Positions 51,410 to 63,180 of a DNA stretch of 64,000 nucleotides are shown in pieces; within the stretch, counting starts at the first letter, position 1; the number at the start of each line of letters is the position of its first letter. The stretch covers positions 248,001-312,000 of the forward strand of contig NW_026864538.1 in NCBI RefSeq assembly GCF_026571515.1. The letters run 5' to 3'. The translations under genes were made by a program, and so were the position numbers. The notes beneath the pieces were generated by a model. It saw nothing but the letters and a program-made list of their open reading frames with translations. It ran no database searches and was not told the origin of the DNA. Source of the DNA: Ruditapes philippinarum (taxonomy: Eukaryota).

Positions 51410-52590
51410 TATAAAGACTAATATAGTAAACATGTCTAAGAATAATGTTTCCTATGATATTCTTATAAATGGAGCATAAATATTACGCATGAAGCACAAC
51501 TTTGTGGTCATCTACTAAAGTTTTATTCCAATGGTGTCAAAATTGGGTCCGTCCCGAGGGTCACTTAGTTTATGTAGCTTTGTATAGAAAACACATATAA
51601 GTTCTCGTATCTGAAACGTAATGCATACAGCTTAGATTTTTGGAATGAAGCGTTTCTTCGTGGTACTTCACAAAAATGACTTAAACCCTTGAGATAAAAA
51701 GTCCATCTTTTGGGTCACTTAGTTTGAAAAGATTTACACAGTTAAACACATTCAAGGATCCTTGAAAGAAACTACAATGCCATGAGTTTTGGTATTTGAC
51801 ATGTAGAATTTCGAACATCTATTAAAATAATGCAGCTTCTGTCAAATATGGTCGTCCGTCGTCCGTTGTTTGCCATAATTAAGCTGCACGCCTCCAGATG
51901 AGCCAAAATATCTCAAGAAAATGAAAATTGAGAAAAATGTACTAATATTTCAAGAAAGGTAAAACGAATCAAGATCAATGTTAAAGTTTACATGTTATTT
52001 GCGATTTAAGACTGATTTTGAAGTATTTTATCGCCATATTTCTACTGCGTTACTTACGCAGTAAGGGCTTTTTTGCACATTTTGACCTCTTTTTGGTTAT
52101 TTGCATGGATTGTTAGTGCCAATTGCAATATGTAAATAACTTTATTTGTTCACCTCACAATATTTTACTGTCAAATACATGATCAAAATTTTCATGAAAT
52201 TTAACACGAATCTGGAGGCGTGCTGCTTTACACAAAATCATTATCCTTATATGTTGCAAGAGAAATGAATCCAGTCTAAAACATCAGCAGGTCACAAGAG
52301 CTAAAACAAGCTTTAGAAATAAATCTTTAAAATCATTACCTCGAAAACTGCAATGCCAAAAACTGAGATATTTGCAAGGGGCAAAATTTGTCACGCCCCT
52401 GGGGTCACTTACTTTATATATAATTGTAAAGGACATAGAGCAATAAAGGATCCCTACTATTGAAATGTTGCAGCCATGGTTTGACTAAGCCTATTCGTGG
52501 ACATTATTTGTAATTGCATTATAGAATTGTGACCTTTTCTGGCAATATATCTCAAGTGAGCGATCCAGGGCCCTAGGTACCTTTTTACTT
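51410..52590 (+). mobile_element. Decayed Helentron-associated (HINE/pearl-like) element with degenerate ~165-bp repeats
   Basis: Repeats resemble those at 58375-59420 (GGGGTCAC, GATATTTG.CATG, GTCAAAATTGG). 3' end TCTCAAGTGAGCGATCCAGGGCCCTAGG. Confidence 0.55.
51879..52230. mobile_element. Full-length MITE with TIRs AAGCTGCACGCCTCCAGAT / ATCTGGAGGCGTGCTGCTTT
   Basis: Both TIRs are visible with TTAA/TTTA flanks. Other copies at 14926, 23150 and 55420. Confidence 0.78.
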
Positions 52591-54559
52591 AGCCTCACAC
52601 AGATGATCCTAAATCTAAAAACATTTTTACCTTAGCTTAGAATCGAAAGGGTATTTTAATTTAAATTAATTATATTTTTAGAATCATGAGAATCATTTTC
52701 AAGTACAAGCAAAATCACACATTCAAACACACTAGGCATATTTTTTTTTTCTTTTTGTATTTCCTATCCTGCAGGAAATCATTTAATGAAGATAACATGT
52801 AATTATTTATCATGATTTGATTTGTTTACAGGGCGGGTGATTTATGAAATGCTTTAATAATGTTTAATACATTATGGTGATAATTGTCCGAGTATTTTGA
52901 TTTTCTTTATTTTTGTTGGGTTTTACGTCGCTATAGGATCTTTACTGCATGAATTGACTCTTTGAGATCATGCCAGCTGACCTGACATTGAAGATGTACC
53001 AAGAAACTTTCAAGTGTGTCACTTTATATTATGAAACCAAATATTGACAGTTATTCTAATGGAAAGAATAGTATCTAACACCCTTTCCATGAATCCGAAA
53101 TTTTCTTGGGATAATACAAAACAACTTATTAGCTAATGTTTCTTGTAATATGTAAACCGACTTAAAATAAAGTTTCTTGTATCTTGTAACATTTTAAAAA
53201 GTATTGCAGGTAAACGTGCAGCCAGAAGCCACCAATTAACGTATTGCGTATTTTTTGTTTTCAACTAACCTCCATCCCATTACCCTCTTAACTCCTATGG
53301 CTAAACAATTTATAGATTTAGGTATTAAAGCCATGTTATATAAAAGAAATTTATTTCTCTCAAAAAAGCGACATATTTTTTTATATATATACTACAACTG
53401 ATAACATGACATAAGAGTTGGTCTATTTAAGCCTTTTTAAGTAAAACTAGTTATAAATATTATTACTATAAGAATATGGAAATAGTAAATTTAAGCTCTC
53501 TTTGATAATCCTTGCATTGATAGACCTAAGTAAGGGAATATATGTTGGTCGAAGATGGACATTTGTGAGAGGGAGTGTTTTGAAGACATGAAGTATATAT
53601 AAAAATCAAATTACATAAACAAAGATAATGGAAAAGGATTTTAAAATGATTGAGTCTGTTCGTAGACGGTAAACTAAAATGTGCAAGTTATGAAAATGGT
53701 AAAAATTTGGATTTAGAAACATGCACAGATGTGGTCATTCGTTGGTTATCATGAATACTTAAATATCAATGTGATAAAAAATATCCCTGATTCACCAAGT
53801 AAACGTCTATTTCTCCAGCATAGAATCTTTCAAAACATAAAAAATGAAGTGTAAAACAAACTTTCATTATGATACTATATTCAAAATATGTATATCAAGT
53901 TCTATTTTGTTAAATAATTGTAATTTGTAAACATTCATTGTGCCTTTTATACAAACATATCTCCAAATATTTTCGAAATTAACAAATCTTCGATGGCTGC
54001 AAAAAGGGCTCTCGAATTAAAGCAATCGGTTAGATCAATGTTCCTTTCCGTGAAACTTCGGATAATTTTGTCGCATATAGCCCGTAATGAAAATATATTT
54101 AGTCTCCTCAGACCTCATAATAAATATGTTACAACGCATTTTTCTCACACGTAACCGTTTAAAATACGAAATAAAATGATTTTTGTTTTTATCTAGCAAA
54201 CTGTCAGTTTCAAAGCTGACACCCAGTTTTGGTTTGTAAGAAATGAATACGTTATGTTTATTATTTGCATAGTTCTGTAATATGTCATTCCTGGTGATCA
54301 AGGGGATTGTCATCTTCTAGATTTTGACTCCCAAATGATCATATGAGGGAAATAAAAATGAACTGATGAATTTACATTGAATTTATCAGTGTTAATGAAT
54401 TTTCTACTGTGCTCCTCTTATACATGTACACAGGTTATCGGCATGGGACCAATACTACCCCCAGGTTATCACCCCCAAAATCCACTATACTCAGCAAACT
54501 ACTAAGCAAATATACTTCAACCCATTCAAAATACATCATAATATGAAATTAGGCAAAGC

Positions 54560-54780
54560 CTATGAACGGGGAAGTCGGTAAAAAATTCTTTCATTTTTTC
54601 CGTTTTAAAGGTGTCATTCGGTATTATATATACCCGCTTCCGTTTTCACTCGGAACACTCGACGATTATTCCGAAAAGTTGAGATTTGTTCCGTTATCGG
54701 AATACACCGCCTTTTATCATTGAGTTACATTGTAAATGGCGGCGCCTAACTAGAACTGACACTGAAAATTTCATTGATAG
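54560..54780 (+). promoter_or_regulatory. Putative promoter and non-coding first exon of ANKRD27
   Basis: CpG-enriched patch with ETS-like CCGCTTCCG and YY1-like AAATGGCGGC (54734-54743), ending at donor TAG|GTATAG (54780/54781), upstream of the first coding exon. Confidence 0.5.
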
Positions 54781-55853
54781 GTATAGAATTCTATATATTT
54801 TTTCATTGTTTTTTTAATTGATTTTCTTTTAAATATTCACGTGTAGTCTATAGCCGGGCAAGCCAAAGCCCGGACCCGCTTCGCGGGCCCGGTCTTTGAC
54901 TTCCCCGTATCAACACAAAAACAATTCTAACAAAAAATATACTAGTCTACTAGAGCTACCGATACTATCTGACTCTGAACTAATATCAGCTGGCCCCAAC
55001 AAATCCACCTGCCTGCTCGCATTTGCCAGTGAAAGTTTGGGTCAGGCGAGAAAAAAATTATCAAACTCGCCGGACATTGTAAGTGAGATTCTCCAAATCC
55101 AAATGATGTTTCTCTAAACATTTAATGTAAATGAAGTTCTTCCATAGCAAATCAAACTGCAGATGCCTTTTCAATCGCAATACTGTCAAATGATTTAATG
55201 AAAACCCGAAATTGGCCTTATGAATTATGACTAGGTGTAACACTTCACAAATGCGTATGATGAATTCATTCCATAATGACAACAGTATTTGACAATGTTT
55301 TATACATACACATTCAGTAACCTTTTATACTTAACCATGCGGTAGATATTTTACCTGAGTGCATGCATGGGTTAGAATTTAATTGAAATAAGTATTCAGG
55401 TTATGTTGAAGATTAAATGTTAAGCAGCACGCCTCCAGATTCATGTTTATTTTCAAAATGAATTTTATTAAGTAAAAGTTGTTAATAAAGAAAAATGGAC
55501 AAAGTATAATTGATCAGTTAATAGAATTCACATATTGGCAGGGACTACCTTGGACTGAAATTTAGGGAGAAGTGATTTCTCCCTTCAGGAAAAATAATGA
55601 GAAGTTTTGAAATTTAGGGAGAAGTGATCATCAAATCGAGTTATATCATTGGATTTCTTTTCTAATTTTATTTCACAAAATATACAATCATGTACACCAT
55701 AGATGTACATGCATATAAAATATACATGTATATGGCACGGAAAATAAACAAATGTGTATTTGAAAATGGCTATGATGATATTGAATGAAGTAATAGTTGA
55801 TTGTAAGCATTTGATTAACATCAACTCAACATTACATCAACACAACACTTTTT

Positions 55854-57020
55854 GGCCGGGTTGCACTGGTGCAAACCCGGGTTATAGTATGGTGAATGTT
55901 GGGCGCCGGGCGGGCGGCGGGCGGGGAAAAACTTTCGTAACAGTTTTCTCAGCAACTACTTATCACAGCCTTTTGATATTTGGTATACAGCATCAACACA
56001 TGGTCCCATACTGTGGGATTCGATTTCAGGTCTGTCGCTCATCCACTTCCTGTTTGCTGACCTAGTTAAATTTTCAACATTAATGGTCAATTGCAGGAAA
56101 TTTTCGTAACAGTTTTCTCAGCAACTACTTATCACAGCCTCTTGATATTTGGCATACAGCATTGACACATGGTACCATACCGTGGGATTGGATTTCAGGT
56201 CTGTCGCTCATCCACTTCCTGTTAATCCACTTAGTTAAATTAGTTAGATTTTTCGACATTAATGGTCAATGGTAGGAAATTTTCGTAACAGTTTTCTCAG
56301 GAACTACTTATCACAGCCTCTTGATATTTGGCATACAGCATTGACACATGGTCCCATACTGTGGGATTTGATTTCAGGTCTGTCGCTCATCCACTTCCTG
56401 TTTATCCACTTAGTTAAATTAGTTAGATTTTTCGACATTAATGGTCAATGGTAGGAAATTTTCGTAACAGTTTTCTCAGCAACTACTTATCACAGCCTCT
56501 TGATATTTGGCATACAGCATTGACACATGGTCCCATACTGTGGGATTTGATTTCAGGTCTGTCGCTCATCCACTTCCTGTTTATCCACTTAGTTAAATTA
56601 GATTTTTCGACATTAATGGTCAATGGTAGGAAATTTTCGTAACAGTTTTCTCAGCAACTACTTATCACAGCCTCTTGATATTTGGCATACAGCATTGACA
56701 CATGGTCCTATACTGTGGGATTTGATTTCAAGTCTGCAGCTCATCCACTTCCTGTTCACATTTATGGTCACTGGTAGGAAATTTTCGTAACATTTTTCTC
56801 AGAAACTACTAATCACAGCCTCTTGATATTTGGCATACAGCATTGACACATGGTCCCATACTGTGGGATTCGATTTTAGGTGTGTAGCTCATCCACTTCC
56901 TGTATACCCTACTGAATTAAATTTTTGACATTAATGGGTCAATTTTTTTTTTCGTAACATCACAGCCTCATGATATTTGGTGTACAAATGCAACCCGGCC
57001 TTTTCTGTCTTTGACCCATT
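55854..57020 (+). mobile_element. Helentron-associated element carrying ~6 tandem 160-180-bp repeats
   Basis: Inverted 12-mers GGCCGGGTTGCA (55854) and TGCAACCCGGCC (56989-57000), a (GGCG)n microsatellite, a central array with 179-bp spacing (56274 to 56453) and T-rich flanks. Confidence 0.8.
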
Positions 57021-57199
57021 TTTAATTTTTTATTTAGGTTCAACAATTTCTGACTGTAACTTTTAAATGCAATTAATTAAGAAGAAAATTTCTTTAATTC
57101 ATAATAATTATCCATATTCTATCAATTTACATCAGCTTCAATGATGAATATTAGATCTACTATCATAAATGTAATGGCGATAACAGGAATGGACCGGCA

Positions 57200-57385
57200 A
57201 ACATATATGGGATATTGTAAATCAAACAGGAAATATAGGGGAATTTTGAAAATCAAACAGGACATATAGGGGAAATTGTAAATCAAACAGGACATATAGG
57301 GGAAATTGTAAATCAAACAGTACATAAAGGTGATATTGTAAATCAAACAAAATGTACAGGGGATATTGTAAATAAGACACAAATA
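57200..57385. repeat. 30-bp minisatellite, ~6 copies
   Basis: Unit GGGGAAATTGTAAATCAAACAGGACATATA. Confidence 0.9.
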
Positions 57386-57919
57386 TAAGTTTGAGGTGAC
57401 TTAATTATCAATTAGCTAGCTTTTTATCATCTGCTGCATTCATATCAGAGTCTTTCACAGCTTTAATTTACCGTAAAATCAATGTGCTATTTTTAGCGAT
57501 GTGTATTTCCAATTGTGAATTCCAAATGTTGCTATGGCCACGCTTCAGGGCATGTGCTAATTACGTCAGATTACACAATTAAATCTGCCTCCAGGCAGTA
57601 TTATCGGGTGGAGAAATATACATGTCAGACTTTTCATTGAGATTTTAGGGCGACTAGAATTTCGCTTTTCTGATCATATAGGGCGAGGTGAAAATATTTA
57701 CGACGAGTTTTCGCCCGACTACGCCCTGAACGCAGTCCCTGATTTGGGTGTTTAAATGGTACTGAAAAATTACTTTTTTATAATCACATGTACAATTAAA
57801 TTTCTTGAAAACAGTGAAGTAACCACCATGTCATTTTTTGTTGCCATTTTGCCTTTTAGTTTCTAATGCATTTTGTTTTTAGATATAAAATCTGTGTTTT
57901 CAGGCATGTCAGTGATTGC

Positions 57920-60900
57920 ATGATGTCACAATATGATGAAGATATATATGAGAGTCCATTCTTTGTGGCCCTAGAGAAACAACACAAGTCTTTGTTTGAT
58001 AAGGCAACAGCCAATAGATGGGTGGTAAGAAAATTTTATAAATAACTGGTCACACTAAGTCTTACTTAGAAAACTCTGATACTGAAAAATATTTTCACAT
58101 GATTTTAGTGAAACTTAGTATTTTGTTGATTTTAATTATCATGATGCCAGCTAAATCAGGGCTTTATTAAGCTGTAGGACGCCTGCCATAAATTTTGTGG
58201 AAAGTAACATGGTACTTTTGCAAAGAAAGAAAAATAAGAACTTGATGTCTGTTGAATTTCAGAGATTGCAGGAGTAAGAAATTGCACGAGTGGTAGCAGC
58301 CATTAAATGGACCCTTCTATAGAAGTGAAACAAAGCCCTGTAAATTAGGATGTTTGATATTGATCTCTTTTTTTAGCTCACCTGTCACAAAGTGACAGCG
58401 TGAGCTTTTGTGATCGCTTTTCGTCCGGCGTCCGTCCGTCCGGCGTCCGTCATCCGTCCATAAACTTTTACTTTAAATGACATCTCCTCATAAACCACTA
58501 AGCCAATTTCATCCAAACTTCACAGGAATGTTCCTTTGGTGGTCACCTTTAAAAAATATTCAAAGAATTTAATTCCATGCAGAACTCTGGTTGCCATGGC
58601 AACCGAAAGAAAAAACTTTAAATATCTTCTTTTAAAAAACCCTATAAGCTAGAGCTTAGATATTTGGCATGAAACATCTTCTAGTGAGTGTCTACCAAGT
58701 TTGTTCAAATAAAGTCCCTGGGGTCAAAATTGGCCCCGCCCCGGGGGGTCATTGATTTTCCCTATATGCATATAGTAAAAACTTAAAAAATCTTCTTTGA
58801 AAGAACTCAAAGAGCTAGAGCTAAGATATTCAGCATGAAACATCTTCTAATGGGTGCCTACCAAGTTTGTTCAAATAAAAGCCCTGGGGTCAAAATTGGC
58901 CCGGCCCCGGGGGTTATTGATTTTCCTTATATGTGTATAGCAAAAACTTAAATAATCTTCTTTGAAAAAACCCAAATAGCTAGAGTTTAGATATGAAGCA
59001 TGAAACATCTTCTAGTGTGTGTCTACAAAGTATGTTCAAATAAAAGCCCTGAGGTCAAAATTGGCCCCGCCCCGGGGGGTCTTGATTTTCCCTATATGCA
59101 TATAGTAAAAACTGAAAAAATCTTCTTTGAAAAAACCTAAATAGCTAGAGTTTAGATATTAAGCATGAAACATCTTCTAGTAAACGTCTACAAAGTTTGT
59201 TCAAATAAAAGCCCTGGGGTCAAAATTGGCCCCGCCCCAGGGGTGTCATTGTTTTTAACTATATGTGTGTAGTAAAACCTTAAAAATCTTCTTTTAAAAA
59301 ACCCAATGAGCTAGAGCTTAGATGTTTAGCATGAAATATCTTCTTATGGATGTCTACAACAAAGTTTGTTCAAATAAAAGCCCTTGGGTGAAAATTGGCC
59401 CTGCCGGGGGGGGGGGGGGTGAAATGATAAAGAAGAGGCTATAGAATAATAGCCTCTTGATTTTGCTAAAATTTCTAATTTGGGAAGCTGGCTTTACCTG
59501 GTGTAAGTTAGGATTTTTGGGAAATCTGCATGAATTTAAAGAAAATTACAATTGATAAGAGGCCTTTTATGTTATAATGCAAAAAATCCCTTAAATTGTA
59601 TCATTTTTTGTTCAAGATTTGTGTTCCAAAGTTTTCTGCAGTGAAGAAAGATGAATTAGGAACAAAAGATTTTGAGGATCATATATTGATACCAGCAGTT
59701 GATAATGACAGTGCCTTTACTACAGTCTCTAAACATGTAAGTTAATTAACAATTTGTGGTCTGAGTTTCTGTGTTAACCCACATGAAGGTTATTAGATCT
59801 GTTCAGCAATTCATAAATGCAGTTCATGTGATCTTCCATATCTTCCTCAAAGTGCATTAGTAAAATAATAGGATAAGATAAATAGAAATTTTGCTGAACA
59901 CGATTTCATTGGTCAATATTTTATGCACCTGTTGCTGCATATTGAGGCAATTTGATTCATTTTACCAACAGTTGATTACATGTTATCATATGTTACATGT
60001 TAATCAACCGTGGGTATCCGATGATAAATGTACATTACAAAAATAATGGAAAGAAGATGAAAAATTGAATGTTTTTTTAACTTTAAACTATTTGACAGTC
60101 AAAAAGTGATTGATCTTGTCATGCTATATTCATTAACTGGGTTTCTTTTTGAAACAAAACTTGATTGCAATCATTAAAAACTTAAAATCTACAATCTGAT
60201 TACCAGGTACATAGGCTTTTATGCTGTCAAGTGTATTTTACATTTAATTTACAAAAGTAACCAAGTGTTTTATATTTGCATTGCTTCAATGGACATTGCA
60301 TAGTCAAAAATGTAGCAGTACCATATATGTGAACATTGTATTGTTGTATTTCTAGAAAGTTGAAATTCAGTCAGGTCAGATCAATCTTGCCTCAGGATTA
60401 AAAGCAGGAAAAGTGAGTATAAAGTTCAAAATGGTCATAGTAGTTGTATTGTAAAGTTGTTTGACTACAAGTTTAGTAGATGTGAATTTGATCCTTGCTT
60501 ACCACTATCAGCCTTTTTGATCAGCCATTTTGATTATGTTCCTGTTTATTTGTCATGTACTTGAATGAATGACAAAAACTGTTGAGCACCAAATGACTAA
60601 GATAATTCTGAAATAGTCACCTTTATAAATTTCAGAAGTTTACTCTTTTATGGACAGTTTATGTACCCTGAAGAAGGCTGTTCAGCCAAAATATTGGTGT
60701 ATTAAAGGGAATTTTAAGAAAATTGCTGTTGAATAATTCTTTTTAACTACCAGTATTTATGTATAATTAAGGGACTTAATGTTGGTAAATTAGTCTTAGA
60801 TTTTCAATTAATCAGCAGTTGTATTACTTTAATCACAGTCTGAATCCCAAATTCATTTCAATAACAGTAATGTATTGTGATGCTGTACGACTCAGAAGGT

Positions 60901-62694
60901 CTACGAAATATTATTTTCGTTTGTCGAAATATCTTTGGCTCTTTTGTACTTTACATAATTCACCTACCATAAATTTGTGCAAAGGCTTAAGATATGCAGC
61001 CATAATAAATTCAAAGCAATTGTATTTTAACTTAAGTGGCAACTCTTAAATGTTTATTATAAGTAAATGTTTGTTTTTACTTTGTAGGTAGATATTTTAT
61101 TTGAAGAGACATTCTACAACACAAAAGATGAAAGTTACAGGGTGGTCTGTGTATCAGGGTTCTTTAACAGGGAAATTACGCAAGGTACATCAGTCTTAAA
61201 TTATTTAAATAATACCATTACAAATTATTGTTACATTATTATAACATTTTGTAAAACTGTAAATACACAGCCATAGGTTAAACTGTCTCACACTGTGTGA
61301 AGAAATGTGACAGGAAAAATACACAAGATAGTACCATATAAATTTTATGTTTACAGGAACATGATCAGTAGATTATTTCAATTCACATTACAGGGAAAAC
61401 TCACCACATCAAGTTTCATTATTTTATGGAATAGTTTCCAGTTCACTTAAATAATACAATTTATCTTAGAGAATTGATTGAAATTGATGGAAGCTGCCTT
61501 AGGTAGTATCTCATAAAGAATACAGGGACATTGTATCTTGCTTTAAAGCTTTTAATGTTTTAATTCCCATTTTTATTGATTTCACACATATAGAAAGACA
61601 TGTAAGCAGTGATTTTGCTTTGCATAAAATAGATACAGAATATATAGGCCTTTTACAATTGCAGAGTGTTAAAAATTTCTATGTAAATTTGAAAATTTCC
61701 AAAAATATTTCATTTGATCAGCTGTGTCCAAACTTTTCATAATGCTTGGAGTGAAAATATCCTTAACATGTGTGCATTGTTAATCGGAAAAAAAAAAGAT
61801 TTTTTTTTAGATTACTGTACTAAATTTTCCCAATTTATAATGCATCTGTTCGTGCCTGTATGTCTTGTTGTATGTTACATGAATATGTTTTTTTATGTCC
61901 AAGTTTAAGGTATTAGGGGCTCATTTCCTCTTAAAGGCCTCGCTTTCTCTTAAATCAAACAACTTGACTTTTAATTTTACTTATGACACACAGAAATATT
62001 TTATGTTGTTTCACTGATGCAAAAGGTTTATAGTCAATTGATATGATAATACAGTGCAACCTATAAGGAAGGAAGTGCTGATTTGTTGTACACAATGAAA
62101 TGAGCCGCGTCATGACAAAACAAACATAACGGGTTTGCGACCAGCATGGATCCAGACCAGCCTGCGCAGTCTGATCAGGATCCATGCTGTTCGCTTACAA
62201 ACCCTATTACAAGTAAAGAAACTGATAGCAAACAGCATGGATCCTGATCAGACTGTGCTGTTGCACAGGCTGGTCTGAATCCATGCTGGTCGCAAACCCA
62301 TTATGTTGGTTTTGTCATGACGCGGCTCAAATTGATTGCTGCATTCTTAACTCTATCTATTTTTCTCATCTAGTCTGTCTAATATGATAAGGTTACATGA
62401 AGAAATATTTTTGATAAGGTTACTTGTCACTGAATTTGAAGATGGTCTTTACCTGCTTTGAATTTGATATTGATCATTGTTTGTTATACAGATTTTAAGA
62501 TCTAATATTTAAGCAGTTATACTGAATTAGCCTGCTTTGTTGTTATGTTGTATCAATGCCTATTTATGCCATTATTTTGAAAAGTTTATTTTTTATTGAA
62601 ATAGATGATTCATCAGATTCAGGGGTAGATTCAGACTGGAGCAAAATTCCTGTCACCTATGATGAATGTATACATATACTTTGGGGACATCAAG
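57920..62694 (+). CDS. ANKRD27: Ankyrin repeat domain-containing protein 27 (VARP) orthologue, N-terminal exons 57920-58024, 59617-59736, 60356-60412, 61088-61184, 62605-62694; continues beyond window
   Basis: All exons are AG/GT-bounded and phase-compatible (0,0,0,1,1). Spliced: MMSQYDEDIYESPFFVALEKQHKSLFDKATANRWV-ICVPKFSAVKKDELGTKDFEDHILIPAVDNDSAFTTVSKH-KVEIQSGQINLASGLKAGK-VDILFEETFYNTKDESYRVVCVSGFFNREITQ-DDSSDSGVDSDWSKIPVTYDECIHILWGHQ. This matches the human N-terminus as I recall it (MALYDEDLLKNPFYLAL...FESYILIP...VPILFEETFYNEKEESF). Confidence 0.9.
58375..59420 (+). mobile_element. Helentron-associated (HINE/pearl-like) element with a 165-166-bp satellite array, in an ANKRD27 intron
   Basis: 5' TTTTAGCTCACCTGTCAC...GTGACAGCGTGAGCT hairpin and (CGTC)n microsatellite. 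AGCTAGAG recurs at 58647, 58813, 58978, 59143 and 59309. Truncated at a poly-G run. Confidence 0.85.
62101..62329. mobile_element. 229-bp palindromic MITE in an ANKRD27 intron
   Basis: Arms of ~95 bp: TGAGCCGCGTCATGACAAAA...GGGTTTGCGACCAGCATGGAT...GATCAGGATCCATGCTGTT versus AACAGCATGGATCCTGATC...CCATGCTGGTCGCAAACCC...TTTTGTCATGACGCGGCTCA. Confidence 0.88.
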
Positions 62695-63004
62695 GTAAAA
62701 TTTGACCAAATTTATCTTAAATTTTTTGTTTTTCACATTTGCTTTGTAACTCTAAATTTATCTTATGAATCTTTGTTCTACCTATTCTGACATTTTCTCC
62801 ACAAGTAACAAACATGTTCATTAAAGGAATTTATAATTTAATGATAAACAAGTAGCTTTAAGCAAATTGTTTTCTACCAGACATTGTTATAAAGTTTGTA
62901 GACTGGCTATTAATTTATGAATTTAAAGTTTATTTTAGTTTGATTACAGAACAAGTTCTTGCAAGTTATATTTATCACATTCAAGTCTACTTTCTGGAAC
63001 TAAC

Positions 63005-63092
63005 CATGAGGAATCATGATCTTGACCTGAGTAGGGCTCGAACCCACCATCCCTTGGTTGAGAGGCAGACACCTTATCTATAAGGCCACCTC
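63005..63092 (-). mobile_element. tRNA-derived SINE head
   Basis: Reverse strand reads GGTGGCCTTATAGATAAGGTGTCTGCCTCTCAACCAAGGGATGGTGGGTTCGAGCCC (A and B boxes); the acceptor stem is not closed. Confidence 0.55.
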
Positions 63093-63180
63093 TTCTCTTA
63101 TATTTATTAATCTTGGGCATATATACATGAACATAATGCTGCTTTTACTGAGATATTTGTACAGACTGGCAACAGTGTTG

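Noticed and set aside
13435-63092. tRNA genes at 13440, 37400-37490, 63020-63090 and ~3600
   Set aside because: A/B boxes are present but the cloverleaf is not closed, and SINE bodies follow where they can be traced.
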